Shown here: piece after piece, positions 27,065 to 36,769 of the stretch
Layout of the letters: every line of letters starts with the position of its first letter
How positions within the stretch are numbered: position 1 is the first letter of the stretch
Assembly: GCA_014896305.1 (NCBI GenBank)
Contig: JADBKQ010000006.1
Span: 78,850 to 142,849, forward strand
Length of the DNA: 64,000 nt
Reading direction: 5' to 3'
Source: Limnochordaceae bacterium
Lineage (GTDB): Bacteria; Bacillota; Limnochordia; Limnochordales; DUMU01
Made by a program: the position numbers and the translations under genes
The notes under the pieces: generated by a model
What the model was told of the DNA's origin: nothing
The model's database searches: none
The model's input: only the letters and a program-made list of their open reading frames with translations

Positions 27065-27415
27065 TTACTCTCCGGCTGGTGGCGAGGCCGGCCGGCCGTT
27101 GGCGGTTGTGGTGGCGGCGGAGACCGGCGAGGCCTGGGCTGCCTGCCGTAGGAGCTGGATTACCGCATCCAGCAGGCTGTCGGGAATGCTGATTCCTTTC
27201 CCGGGACGGAGCTCCCCATCATCGCCCGGGTAGAAAGTGCGGAGGTCGACGTAGGCGCGCCCCCGCTTGGTGACCCGCTTGACCCGAATCACCTCTCCTC
27301 GGGCATTCTTGGACACATCACCGACCAGTGTTTCTGCATCCCAGAAGTCGTTCGTGGCTCGGCCGTTGTTGCGGCCAACCATCCCGTTGCCGGCGCTTCC
27401 TTGTGCTGCTACCAT
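27065..27415 (-). CDS. PC4/p15-like single-stranded DNA-binding protein (YdbC-like)
   Basis: EVIRVKRVTKRGRAYVDLRTFYPGDDGELRPGKGISIP matches the bacterial PC4-family core. Confidence 0.7.
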   Translation of the reverse strand: MVAAQGSAGNGMVGRNNGRATNDFWDAETLVGDVSKNARGEVIRVKRVTKRGRAYVDLRTFYPGDDGELRPGKGISIPDSLLDAVIQLLRQAAQASPVSAATTTANGRPASPPAGE

Positions 27416-27697
27416 TCAATCGCTCCTTTCTTTTAGACTCTTAGTGCCGGTCTTTGTGCTTACGTTACCCGTATGTCTCAAGGTCTGATCCTAGGATACA
27501 ACCCAGAGGTTGGGAAGACTGTCGAAGGGAGCCGAGACGCTAAAATTTTCCTGTCCGGCAGGCGAATGGTCCCTGGGCAAGAATGTACGTACGCGATGGC
27601 CCGTACGGCGCAACACCGTGCGCCAAGTGGCTGCAATTACTTCCGTACCAAGAGCAGCCCAGGGACGGACCGATAGCGATGCGAGGAGGCTCGCAAC

Positions 27698-29152
27698 ATG
27701 GACGATGCTCACAACCTGAATAATACTCGCAACCTGGACGACGCCCGCAATATGGGCCATACCCGCAGCACGGAGGGGGACGACCCCCGGCCCACGGACA
27801 ACGCCCGCAACACGGACAGCCCACGACCCCCGAACGACGCTCGCGATACGGACAAAAACGGAACGCCGAACCTGCCGTCTTCACAGGTCCTCTTGACGGA
27901 ATCCGTAGCGGACAAACTCATCCGGTATGCTCAGGTGGAAAGCACCTCCAGTGACGAAGGGGAAGGGGTGCCCAGCACACCGCAGCAGTGGCAGATGGCC
28001 CGCCTGCTGTCGGCCGAACTCCAGGCGATGGGCCTGGAAAAAGTGGAGGTCGACCGCTACGGCATCGTAATGGCGACCCTGCCGGCCAATCCTGCAGATT
28101 TGAAAGCGCCCGTGGTGGGGCTGATTGCCCACTATGATACCGTACCTCGGGTGCCGGGGGCGGGAGTACGACCCATCATGCACCATCACTACGATGGTGG
28201 CGAAATCCAGCTGTCCGGCAGTGGCACGGTGCTCAGTCCGCAGGATTGCCCGCTGCTCAACGAAGTGGTGGGGCATGACATTATCACGTCGGACGGTACG
28301 ACCCTGCTGGGGGCGGACGACAAGGCAGGCGTGGCGGATATCATGGCTGCGCTTTGCCAGTTTCTGACCCATCCGGAATGGCGGCACGGGACGATCAAGG
28401 TGGCGTTCACGCCAGATGAGGAGACCGGCCGGGGCGTGGAGTTTTTCGATGTTGCCCGCTTTGGTGCCGACTTTGCCTATACCGTAGATGGCGGAGAGCT
28501 GGGCGAATTGGAAGCGGAGAGCTTCGAGGCGGAGAACCTCGAGATCCGCCTCACCGGTCGCAGTGCTCACACCGGTTCTGCCCGTGGGGTGATGATCAAC
28601 GCCCTGCACCTGGCATCTACCCTGATTGCCGCCATTCCCGCCACGCAGCGGCCGGAGACCACCGACGGGCGACTGGGGTTTCTCCATCCCGAACGCCTCG
28701 ACGGGAATGTGGAGCAAGCCCGCCTGTTAGTGCTGGTGCGAGACTTTACCGTGGCCGGCCTGGAAGCCAAGAAGGAGTACCTGCGAACCAGCCTGGACGC
28801 ACTGATGGCGGCGTACCCTGGCGCAACGTACGAGATCCGCCGGGTAGGGGGCTATCACAACATGGCCTCCGAGTTGGCGAAGGAACCACGGCTGGTGGAG
28901 CTGGCTGCCCAGGCCATGCAGGAGCTGGGCATCCCCGTGAAACGCCGCGCCATTCGGGGAGGTACGGATGGGGCGCGCCTAACCTGCGAAGGGCTACTGA
29001 CACCGAACCTGTTCACCGGCGGGGCCAATTTCCACAGCCGGCAGGAATGGGCCTCGGTGCAGTGGATGGAACAGGCTGTGGCCGTGCTGGTACGCCTGCT
29101 GCAGCTGTGGGCGGATCAGGAGCTTCCGGTAGGACGGGCGTCCCGCCGGTAG
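27698..29152 (+). CDS. pepT: Peptidase T (M20B tripeptide aminopeptidase) with repeat-rich N-terminal extension
   Basis: GAGGAGG lies 8 nt upstream of the ATG. Motifs: LIRYAQVESTS, GLIAHYDTVP, LGADDKAGVADIM, FTPDEETGRG, GGTDGARL. The first roughly 60 aa are DDARN-like repeats. Confidence 0.85.
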   Translation: MDDAHNLNNTRNLDDARNMGHTRSTEGDDPRPTDNARNTDSPRPPNDARDTDKNGTPNLPSSQVLLTESVADKLIRYAQVESTSSDEGEGVPSTPQQWQMARLLSAELQAMGLEKVEVDRYGIVMATLPANPADLKAPVVGLIAHYDTVPRVPGAGVRPIMHHHYDGGEIQLSGSGTVLSPQDCPLLNEVVGHDIITSDGTTLLGADDKAGVADIMAALCQFLTHPEWRHGTIKVAFTPDEETGRGVEFFDVARFGADFAYTVDGGELGELEAESFEAENLEIRLTGRSAHTGSARGVMINALHLASTLIAAIPATQRPETTDGRLGFLHPERLDGNVEQARLLVLVRDFTVAGLEAKKEYLRTSLDALMAAYPGATYEIRRVGGYHNMASELAKEPRLVELAAQAMQELGIPVKRRAIRGGTDGARLTCEGLLTPNLFTGGANFHSRQEWASVQWMEQAVAVLVRLLQLWADQELPVGRASRR

Positions 29153-30087
29153 AAGAACGGCCCGGCGGGGCTCAAGCCAAACTGAGCGGGCGAAAGAATG
29201 GCCTCGGTGGCACCGACGAACAAGATGCCGCCGGGCCGCAAACTCTGGGCCAGGCGGCGGTAGACTCGTTGCTTGGCCTCTTCATTGAAATAGATGATCA
29301 CGTTGCGGCAGACGATCAGGTTCAGGCCGATGGGGTAGGGGTCTTGCAGAAGGTCGTGCCGCCGCAGCTGCACGCGGCGACGCACCTCTTCCTTCACCTG
29401 CCAGCGGTCGGGGCCGGCGGGCGTGAAGAACCGTTGCAGCCGTGCAGGCGAAACTTCATGGAGCAGGGAGGACGGATAGATGGCCGTCCTGGCCTCGGCC
29501 AATGCCTTCTCGTCGACGTCGGTGGCGATGATGTGGGCGGTGGCCGGAGCCATGGCCTCCTCCAACAGGATGGCCAGGCTGTAGGGCTCAGCTCCGATCG
29601 AGCAACCGGCGCTCCATATCCGGGTGTTCCCGGCAGCGAGCAGTTCAGGAAGGATGCGGTCGGCCAACGTGCGCCAGAACGGAGCGTTGCGGAAGAATTC
29701 TGAGACGTTGATAGTGAGGAAGTCCCGTAGCGCTTCCACCTGTTCGGGTGAACGGCGCAGCAGCAACCCATACTCCTCCAGTGAACGGCACCCTACTCGT
29801 TCCAGCTGCCCCCGCAGGCGGCGGTAGAGCTGGCGGGGGTTGTACGCCGTCAGATCCAACCCGATCAGCTGCTGAACCAGGCGGGCGAACGCGGCAAACC
29901 CTGGTAAAGGCTCCACAGCCGGTCGCTCACTCGAGGCCAGAGGACCGGCGTCAGGCTGCCCAGCGGAAGCCGGGGGCGCTGCCGCCGGTCGTTCAGCGGG
30001 GGCCGACGACTCTGGGGCCGCTCGTCCGGACCAAACTGGAGGTAAAGCCGGAGCTTGGGGCTGGCGCGATTCCTTCTGGGTGGGCAT
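29116..30087 (-). CDS. cheR: Chemotaxis protein methyltransferase CheR
   Basis: NVSEFFRNAPFW, RIWSAGCSIGAEPYSLAILL, IVCRNVIIYF. The ATG at 30087 sits just after the cheB stop. The 3' end overlaps pepT convergently by 37 nt. Confidence 0.85.
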   Translation of the reverse strand: MPTQKESRQPQAPALPPVWSGRAAPESSAPAERPAAAPPASAGQPDAGPLASSERPAVEPLPGFAAFARLVQQLIGLDLTAYNPRQLYRRLRGQLERVGCRSLEEYGLLLRRSPEQVEALRDFLTINVSEFFRNAPFWRTLADRILPELLAAGNTRIWSAGCSIGAEPYSLAILLEEAMAPATAHIIATDVDEKALAEARTAIYPSSLLHEVSPARLQRFFTPAGPDRWQVKEEVRRRVQLRRHDLLQDPYPIGLNLIVCRNVIIYFNEEAKQRVYRRLAQSLRPGGILFVGATEAILSPAQFGLSPAGPFFYRRDARPTGSS

Positions 30088-30095
30088 GGTCCGGA

Positions 30096-31331
30096 TCACC
30101 GTCCCGTCTGGCTGGGCGCACGAGTGAGCAGCTGGTTCACCAGCTCGCTGAGGGTGGCCGGGATCTCCGGCAGCGGGCAGATGCGATCGGCCTCGCCCCA
30201 CTCCGCCACGACCTTGGGCATTCCGTAGACTACGCTAGTTGCCTCGTCCTGGGCAATCACCTTTGCCCCGTGCCGGCGGACCTGACGGGCTCCTGCCGCA
30301 CCATCCGCACCCATACCGGTCAAGATCGCTGCCACGACCGGGCCGTGGAACTCCGCAGCGACGGATTCGAGAGTCGTATCGATCGCGGGCCGCACGCCAT
30401 GTCGAGGGGGAGTGTCCACGAGAGCGATGCGCCGGCCGGAGGGGCGCAAGACCATGTGTCGCCCACCAGGCGCGACCAGGGCGACGCCGGCCTCGAGGGG
30501 AGCGCCGTCATACGCCTCCATCACCCGAAAGCGGGACAGGCGGTCGAGTCGCTGGGCCAGGCTGTGGGTAAAACCGGGGGGCATGTGCTGAACCACCAGC
30601 ACGGCGGCGGGCAAGTCGGTGGGCGAAAGCCCAGCGAAGATCTCGCTCAATGTACCTGGACCGCCGGTGGATGCACCGATTACGACCAGCGGCAGTTCAC
30701 CGCCCGGGGTGGCCGAGGCAGCGGGCGGGGGGTTGCCAGAGGCGGTGGTCGGGAGCGCGGGAGGGGCGGTGGAGGGTGGCAAGCCGGGGGCGGTCGGTAC
30801 TGCCGAGGCTGTTGAGAGTGTCGAAGCTGGGGAGGAGTACAGCTGCCGGAAGCTTCGGGGGCGGGCATGGCTGGCGAGGCGGACTTTGCGGACGAGCTCT
30901 TCTTCCCAGGCGGCCAGGGATCGGAAGACGGATCCAGTCCACAACCCTGCTCCTGATTCCGCTCCCAACCCTGTTCCCGGTACTGCGGGGCCTGCTCCAA
31001 AGCCTGCCCCATACCCGGGCTTGAGGACCACATCCACTGCCCCCCGCGCCAGGGCTTCCACCGTGGCCGGGGCTTCCCGGGCCGTGAGGTGCGAGACCAT
31101 CAGCACAGGAACGGGCGCGAGGTGCATAATCTCGGTCAGCGCCTGGAGCCCATCTTTGACGGGCATCTCAACGTCGAGGGTGACTACGTCGGGACGAAGG
31201 CGCAGGACACCGTCGACGGCTTCCTGGCCGTTGCGGGCAATCCCGACGACAGTAAATCCGTGCTCGGTCAGAATCCGCCGGATCATTTGGCGCATGAGCG
31301 CTGAATCGTCGCAGACCAGACAACGGACCAC
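30096..31331 (-). CDS. cheB: Protein-glutamate methylesterase/glutaminase CheB (receiver plus methylesterase, long Pro/Ala linker)
   Basis: GGGAGGAG lies 5 nt upstream of the GTG at 31331. Receiver domain: VRCLVCDDSALMR..DVVTLDVEMP. Esterase domain: VVIGASTGGP, HMPPGFT, DGAAG. Confidence 0.88.
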   Translation of the reverse strand: MVRCLVCDDSALMRQMIRRILTEHGFTVVGIARNGQEAVDGVLRLRPDVVTLDVEMPVKDGLQALTEIMHLAPVPVLMVSHLTAREAPATVEALARGAVDVVLKPGYGAGFGAGPAVPGTGLGAESGAGLWTGSVFRSLAAWEEELVRKVRLASHARPRSFRQLYSSPASTLSTASAVPTAPGLPPSTAPPALPTTASGNPPPAASATPGGELPLVVIGASTGGPGTLSEIFAGLSPTDLPAAVLVVQHMPPGFTHSLAQRLDRLSRFRVMEAYDGAPLEAGVALVAPGGRHMVLRPSGRRIALVDTPPRHGVRPAIDTTLESVAAEFHGPVVAAILTGMGADGAAGARQVRRHGAKVIAQDEATSVVYGMPKVVAEWGEADRICPLPEIPATLSELVNQLLTRAPSQTGR

Positions 31332-31372
31332 GGCCTCTCCTCCCTTCGCTGCGGCAACTGACACGGAGGTGG

Positions 31373-31939
31373 CTACGCTCGTATCTCCCAGGTGGTGCTG
31401 GCGTTGCCCGTCTCCCGGACCTCCAACCGCCGCTTGGCCGGCCAGCACCGCAGCGTTCGCCCCAAGTGGCCGCCAGTGGCCTGTCCGGCAATGGGAATGT
31501 GAAAGCGTCGCAGACTCTCGCTCAACACGCTAACATTGTGCGGCCCCACCGCTGGGTTCATCTGCAGGGGCAGGAGCTGGGCCCCGCCGGCCAGCCACGC
31601 CTGCAAGAGGTGGGCGTCGTCTGGCTTTATTTGCATTTGGTTCAGCAGAAAGGGGACGACCGTTTGAGCGTAACGAGCGGCGTTAGGAATCGTGGCCAGC
31701 GACGTTGCATCCGGCTCGAGTTCGTTGGTCACTCCGAGGGACGGATATGGGGAGGGCAGCACGACGTGGGCGATGCCAACTCGACTCCAACTCGCATCGG
31801 CTAAAACCAGGGCTACGCAACTTCCCAAACCATAGCAGACCACTTCATCGGGAGCAGGCTCGGAATCACCAGGACGATTTTGACGAAACACAATCCAATC
31901 TCCCAGACCCAGAGACAGGCTACGACGGGCAACAAACAC
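31373..31939 (-). CDS. cheD: Chemoreceptor glutamine deamidase CheD
   Basis: CYGLGSCVALVL, GIAHVVLP, ARYAQTVVPFLL, GGAQL, GGHLGRTL. Confidence 0.85.
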   Translation of the reverse strand: MFVARRSLSLGLGDWIVFRQNRPGDSEPAPDEVVCYGLGSCVALVLADASWSRVGIAHVVLPSPYPSLGVTNELEPDATSLATIPNAARYAQTVVPFLLNQMQIKPDDAHLLQAWLAGGAQLLPLQMNPAVGPHNVSVLSESLRRFHIPIAGQATGGHLGRTLRCWPAKRRLEVRETGNASTTWEIRA

Positions 31940-32000
31940 ACAAATCCTCCTAAATACATAGGAAATCTGGTCAGAGAATTATTGAACTGGGATAAGCAGG

Positions 32001-32891
32001 CTAAACAGGACGGACCGGCAAGGGGCCGCTGCCATCCGAAGCGCTGGCGTCCGCGCTGGCTGCTGCTGCTGCGGCCGCCGCCGCAGCCAGCATTTCGGCG
32101 GAGGTGGCAGCGGACAGCCAGATCAGCATCGCTTCCACTTGCCCGTCCGGCGTGCCAAAGCTCGTATGAACCACCGAGACGGTCTCTGCCACCCGCCCGG
32201 CCCTCTCGAGGGTGGAAACCAGGGCGGTCGAAAGGAGCGCTCCCGCCATGTCCGCCACCACGGACGGCGGAGATGGAATTAGGCGTCCGGCGATGGAATC
32301 GGCCATCACGTTGAGAAAAGCCGAGCCGACGACATTGTCGACCTCCGCCAGCACTGACAAGGCCATTTCGTCCTCGAGAAGGTGACTGGCCTCAGCCAGG
32401 GAGGTGAGATCTGCCTCCTGGGCGGAGACTGCCCCTGGGGCGGGGAGATCTGTTCCTTGGGCACAGGTATCTTTGCTAGCAGCGGCTTCGTCGGCAGTCA
32501 AGGTGGCGTCCGTGGTAACGGGTTCATCCAGATAAGGGCTGAGCATCATCTGGACGAGCCGGGAAGCGGCTTCCGCCGGGAAGAGAAGGAGTAAGAGACC
32601 AGGAATGCTGCCGGAGATCTCTTGCAGGCCGGCGATCATGGGACTCTCTTCGGGTCCCGCCAGTTGCGGAAAGCGATCGAGAGGGATGAACTCCTCGGCG
32701 GTCTCCTTCACGGTGACGTCTTGGTTCGTCAAACCCGACAGCGCCTGGCCAGCTTGTGCCAGCGCCCGTTGAACCGAGGCTTGCCATATAGCGGTGGAAA
32801 CGGCCACTGCCGGGTGAACCCCGGCGGCAGGGGGGTTAGACGGTGAGGTAACTGGCATTGGTACGCACCTCCGCGAATAGCCCGGGAACAT
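32001..32891 (-). CDS. cheC: CheC-family chemotaxis phosphatase
   Basis: Two CheC-like halves. LAEVDNVVGSAFLNVMADSIAGRLIPSPP fits the E-x2-N-x(about 22)-P phosphatase motif. The start is uncertain (32891 or 32858) and overlaps the cheA 3' end. Confidence 0.75.
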   Translation of the reverse strand: MFPGYSRRCVPMPVTSPSNPPAAGVHPAVAVSTAIWQASVQRALAQAGQALSGLTNQDVTVKETAEEFIPLDRFPQLAGPEESPMIAGLQEISGSIPGLLLLLFPAEAASRLVQMMLSPYLDEPVTTDATLTADEAAASKDTCAQGTDLPAPGAVSAQEADLTSLAEASHLLEDEMALSVLAEVDNVVGSAFLNVMADSIAGRLIPSPPSVVADMAGALLSTALVSTLERAGRVAETVSVVHTSFGTPDGQVEAMLIWLSAATSAEMLAAAAAAAAAASADASASDGSGPLPVRPV

Positions 32892-35406
32892 CTAGGATGA
32901 GGGCAACGCGGCCGTCCCCCAGGAGGGTTGTGCCGGCCAATCCTGGGATCTGGCCCAGGAACTTCCCAAACGGCTTGACCACGACTTCTTCCTCTCCCAA
33001 CAGGGCATCGACTTGCAGTGCGAGTTGCTCGTCACCGATCTGCACGATGACAGTGGGAACCTGATAGAGGGACGAACGTACCTGGTGTTCGGCCGGGGGG
33101 GTGGTTTCCCAGAGGCCGTGCAACGCAAAAAGAGGCAGGATGTCGTCCCGGTGGCGCAAGACCGGCCGGCCGTTCACCATTTGCAAAGCGGACACTTCCG
33201 GCTCGACGGCCTCCATGACGCTGTTGAGAGGAATCGCACACACGACTCCGCCAACGGAGACCAGCAACGCTCGGACGATCGCCAACGTCAGCGGCAGGCG
33301 GATGCGAAACGTGGTACCTTTTCCTTCCTCACTGTGAACGTCGACCGTGCCTCCCAGATGCTCCACGGCCCGGCCCACGACGTCCAGCCCCACTCCCCGG
33401 CCGGACACCTCAGTCACCTTGGTGCGCGTGCTGAAGCCTGGCCGGAAGAGCAAGCGCAGAAGGTCAGCGTCACTCCACTGTTGGGCCGCCTCGGGGCTCA
33501 GATCTCCCCGGGCGATAGCGACTTGGCGGATCTTCTCCCGGGAGATTCCACCGCCGTCATCGCTCACTTCCAGGTAGAAGTGGCCTTCCCGGTGATACGC
33601 GCCGACGTGAACCAGACCCTCGGCCGGCTTGCCGGCCGCCAGGCGGGTCGCTTCGTCCTCGATCCCGTGGTCCACGGCGTTACGCAGGAGGTGGAGCACG
33701 GGGTCATGCAGTTCCTCGATGAGGGACCGGTCCAGTTGGGTGTCGTTGCCGGTGATCTCCAGCCGTATCTTCTTACCCAGCAAGCGGGCGGTCTCCCGGA
33801 CAACCCGGGGGAGCTTGCGGAACAGGGAGTCGATGGGTACCATCCGCAACTGCATGACGGCATCTTGCAGGTCACCGGTCAGGCGAGACAGGTGGGCGGC
33901 GAGCTGGGAGATCTCATCGTCGCCCGTCGCATTGGCATGGTTCCAGTGGCCCTGCCCGTTCCCCTCTTCGTGTTTGTGCCCCTGTTGGCTACTGAGCAGC
34001 AAAAGCCGGTTGCGGTCAATGACGAGCTCGCCCACGAGGTTCATGAGCAGATCCAGCCACTGTACATTGACCCGAATGGTGCTCGCTTCCACGGCCGCCG
34101 CCGACCGGGAGCCGGACCCGGACGAGGAAGGGGCTCGGGGCTGCGAAGGTGCGATGTCGCTGACGCCAGCGGCGGATGGAGTTGTGCCTGAGGTGGCTGC
34201 GGGGAGGGCGTCCGGAGCGGCGGGAGGGGCCGAACCGGCCTGGCCGGCCTGAGTGGCCTGGGTGGCTGAGGTAGCTGAGGTAGCTGAGGTGGCTGAGGTG
34301 GGCGGGGTAGCGATCGGCGCCGCGCTCGGTTCAACCTGGACGGAGGCGATCTCCGGGATCTCCTGAACCGCTTGCTGCAACCTTGCAGGGGGCAGCGAAG
34401 TGCGCAGCCATACGTGCACCGGCTGTTGCCGCCAGACGGCATCACGGTCGTCATTGTCGTCACTGGCAATGAGCTGTTCCACGGTGTCGGCGGTGGGGTC
34501 GGTAGCAAGCACCTGCCCCCACTCGACGGCCCGGGTGAACAGCTGATAAATCCTCACCGCCGGAAGTCCACAATCTGGCCGTAGTTGAACTTGGAGTTTC
34601 CAGTCGGCTCTGGCGGCGTTGGAATCGTCGGTAGAGTCGGGCGTTTGCGCAGGACCGCTGGGGGCGGCCATTCCAGCGGGGTCGGTCTCGGCTGCTCCCG
34701 TACCACTGGCCGTGCCTGGCCCAAGGGTCTGAGCGGTTGTTGCTGCCTTCAGCTCCAGTTCCAGCTGAGCGACGGACGGGTCGGGGACTTCCCGCCCTCC
34801 TTGCTGGACGCCCGTGTCAAGTAGACCACGCAGGGTATCGAGGGTGCGCAGCAACAGGTCCATGACCTCTTTGTTGCCCTGCAAAAGCAGCTGCCCTTTA
34901 CGCGCTTGATCGAAGAGGGATTCGAGAGCGTGGGTGAGTGAGGCCATCTGGTGGAAACCCACCGTGGCGGAGTTTCCTTTGAGGGTATGAGCAGCCCGAA
35001 ACAGACGGTTGATGCCGTCGGGACTGGACTGCCCGGCCTCCAAGGACAACAAGAGGTCTTCGATATCCTGTAACTGCTCTTCACCCTCCTCGACGAACAG
35101 CTGAAACTCTTCTGGCGTGATCTCCAGTTGGTCGGAGGTGGTGCTGCCCTGGGCATCACTGCTGGCGGCACTCGCCCCTGACGGCGACGGGGGCCGGAGT
35201 GGCGAGGGCGATGACGGCGTCGAGGGCGTCGAAGGGGATGATGACGCCGAAGGTGAGGAAGTCGATGAAGCCGATGAAGAGGAAGGGAGATCCCGATCGA
35301 TTGGCGTTCCCACTGGGTTACGCCCCTTCCTGGGCGTTTTCAACGCCGGTCGTCTGGTCCTGGGCGAACTGTTGCAGGCTCTCCTCTTCGCCAGGGTTGA
35401 GCACAC
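32836..35406 (-). CDS. cheA: Chemotaxis histidine kinase CheA
   Basis: HPt domain RAAHTLKGNSATVGF. Dimerisation and HATPase regions: HLLRNAVDHGIE, DDGGGI, GRGVGLDVV. C-terminal CheW-like domain. There are long Ser/Pro/Ala insertions. The N-terminal start is uncertain. Confidence 0.9.
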   Translation of the reverse strand: MCSTLAKRRACNSSPRTRRPALKTPRKGRNPVGTPIDRDLPSSSSASSTSSPSASSSPSTPSTPSSPSPLRPPSPSGASAASSDAQGSTTSDQLEITPEEFQLFVEEGEEQLQDIEDLLLSLEAGQSSPDGINRLFRAAHTLKGNSATVGFHQMASLTHALESLFDQARKGQLLLQGNKEVMDLLLRTLDTLRGLLDTGVQQGGREVPDPSVAQLELELKAATTAQTLGPGTASGTGAAETDPAGMAAPSGPAQTPDSTDDSNAARADWKLQVQLRPDCGLPAVRIYQLFTRAVEWGQVLATDPTADTVEQLIASDDNDDRDAVWRQQPVHVWLRTSLPPARLQQAVQEIPEIASVQVEPSAAPIATPPTSATSATSATSATQATQAGQAGSAPPAAPDALPAATSGTTPSAAGVSDIAPSQPRAPSSSGSGSRSAAAVEASTIRVNVQWLDLLMNLVGELVIDRNRLLLLSSQQGHKHEEGNGQGHWNHANATGDDEISQLAAHLSRLTGDLQDAVMQLRMVPIDSLFRKLPRVVRETARLLGKKIRLEITGNDTQLDRSLIEELHDPVLHLLRNAVDHGIEDEATRLAAGKPAEGLVHVGAYHREGHFYLEVSDDGGGISREKIRQVAIARGDLSPEAAQQWSDADLLRLLFRPGFSTRTKVTEVSGRGVGLDVVGRAVEHLGGTVDVHSEEGKGTTFRIRLPLTLAIVRALLVSVGGVVCAIPLNSVMEAVEPEVSALQMVNGRPVLRHRDDILPLFALHGLWETTPPAEHQVRSSLYQVPTVIVQIGDEQLALQVDALLGEEEVVVKPFGKFLGQIPGLAGTTLLGDGRVALILDVPGLFAEVRTNASYLTV

Positions 35407-35872
35407 GGGTCAGGTCCAGCAGGATCACCAGGCGGTCCTCCAGTTTGAGTATCCCGGTGATGTACTCGGTGTCTACGCTGACCACGTAAGGCGACGGCGG
35501 CTCAACGGCGGCCGGGTCCACCGTCAAGACCTCGGAGACCGCGTCGACGATCATTCCGATCGTTTCTTGCCGATGTTCCACCACCATGATGCGCGTATCC
35601 CGGCCGTTTTCTGCCGGCAGGCCGAGGCGTTTGCGCAGGTCGAGGACGGGAATCACTTTGCCGCGCAGGTTGGTGACGCCTTCGATGAAGTCAGGGGTGT
35701 GCGGCACAGAAGTGATCGGCTGGAGGGCGTTGATCTCCCGCACCAGGTGGATGCTCACGCCGTATGACTCGTCTGCCAGCTTGAAAACAACGATCTGAGA
35801 CAGCCCGCCTCCTACCTTGCCCGTGCCCTTGCGGACCCCAGTTCCGGCGGCCGCTGTTTCAAAACCCGCCAT
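35318..35872 (-). CDS. cheW: Chemotaxis coupling protein CheW
   Basis: GGGGAG lies 8 nt upstream of the ATG at 35872. Core: QIVVFKLADESYGVSIHLVREI..VTNLRGKVIPVLDLRKRLGL. Confidence 0.88.
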   Translation of the reverse strand: MAGFETAAAGTGVRKGTGKVGGGLSQIVVFKLADESYGVSIHLVREINALQPITSVPHTPDFIEGVTNLRGKVIPVLDLRKRLGLPAENGRDTRIMVVEHRQETIGMIVDAVSEVLTVDPAAVEPPSPYVVSVDTEYITGILKLEDRLVILLDLTRVLNPGEEESLQQFAQDQTTGVENAQEGA

Positions 35873-36129
35873 ATGGTCATCTCCCCGAGCCGTTCTCATC
35901 TGTCTGTTGACATATTCGGCACGGCGAGGCCCGGTCTTTATGGAACGCTGCGTGGCCTGCTGGGACGGGGGCACTGCACTAAGGTTCAAAGGGAGGGATG
36001 TGAAGCTTGACCTTTGCTGAGCAAGCCTTGTTGTCCTTGGGGGGCACTGACTGAGGTGAGGCGGCTGTACGCCGAATGCCCGATACCGTCTGTTGCCCGG
36101 CATGGCAGAGGACTATGTGCGGAGCGCTG

Positions 36130-36612
36130 CCGGCTCCCACAGGTTATGCCATGGCTAAGGATTGCAGGTGGTTTGTCTACACCCGAGTTCCGAGCGAAAC
36201 CGTCACCCGACTCCCAGGAGGGTAGTCTTGGGGATGCCGATGTAGACTGATGTAGACTCCAGGAAGGTGGAAAAAAAGTTGCCCACCCAAAGAGGCGGAG
36301 GTAGGAAATTTAATTGCCAGCAGCTGCTCCGAAGTCGTCTGGACAGACCGAACGGCCTTGGTCCCCCTGATCAGAGGTGGCTGTGAGCAGGGAAAACGAA
36401 CGGGAAGGCAACGGACGGCGCAGCTGAGGTTCATCCTGGATTGCTAAGGCTTGGGCAGCTAGATTGCACTAGCTGGTCTTTTGGTGTGGGGGCGGTGGGT
36501 TCAGGTGTGTGGTGGCAATATAGTTACCACCAGGTTCAGGAAAAACCGGGCAATTCTTTTGCCACCTTGACTGGGTTGCGCGGGGGTCCAGGTCTGACGG
36601 GAGAGTTTGAGC
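36130..36612. repeat. Conserved non-coding element, copy B (same family as 20488-21040)
   Basis: Colinear blocks shared with copy A, as listed in the findings. It occupies the intergenic region between the cheW start and the hydrolase stop. Confidence 0.6.
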
Positions 36613-36769
36613 ATACCCACGCCCACCTGCAGCCATCAGGCCCGCAGAGCGGTCGACGCCCGGGCGCAGGGTGATTGCGCGAGCGACATCCGCCGGCGTC
36701 GCGAAGTCTTGCAGGCCCACCTATAGCAACAGTCAGGCCCGCAGAGTTGAAGGTTCACCAGCCGGACGG

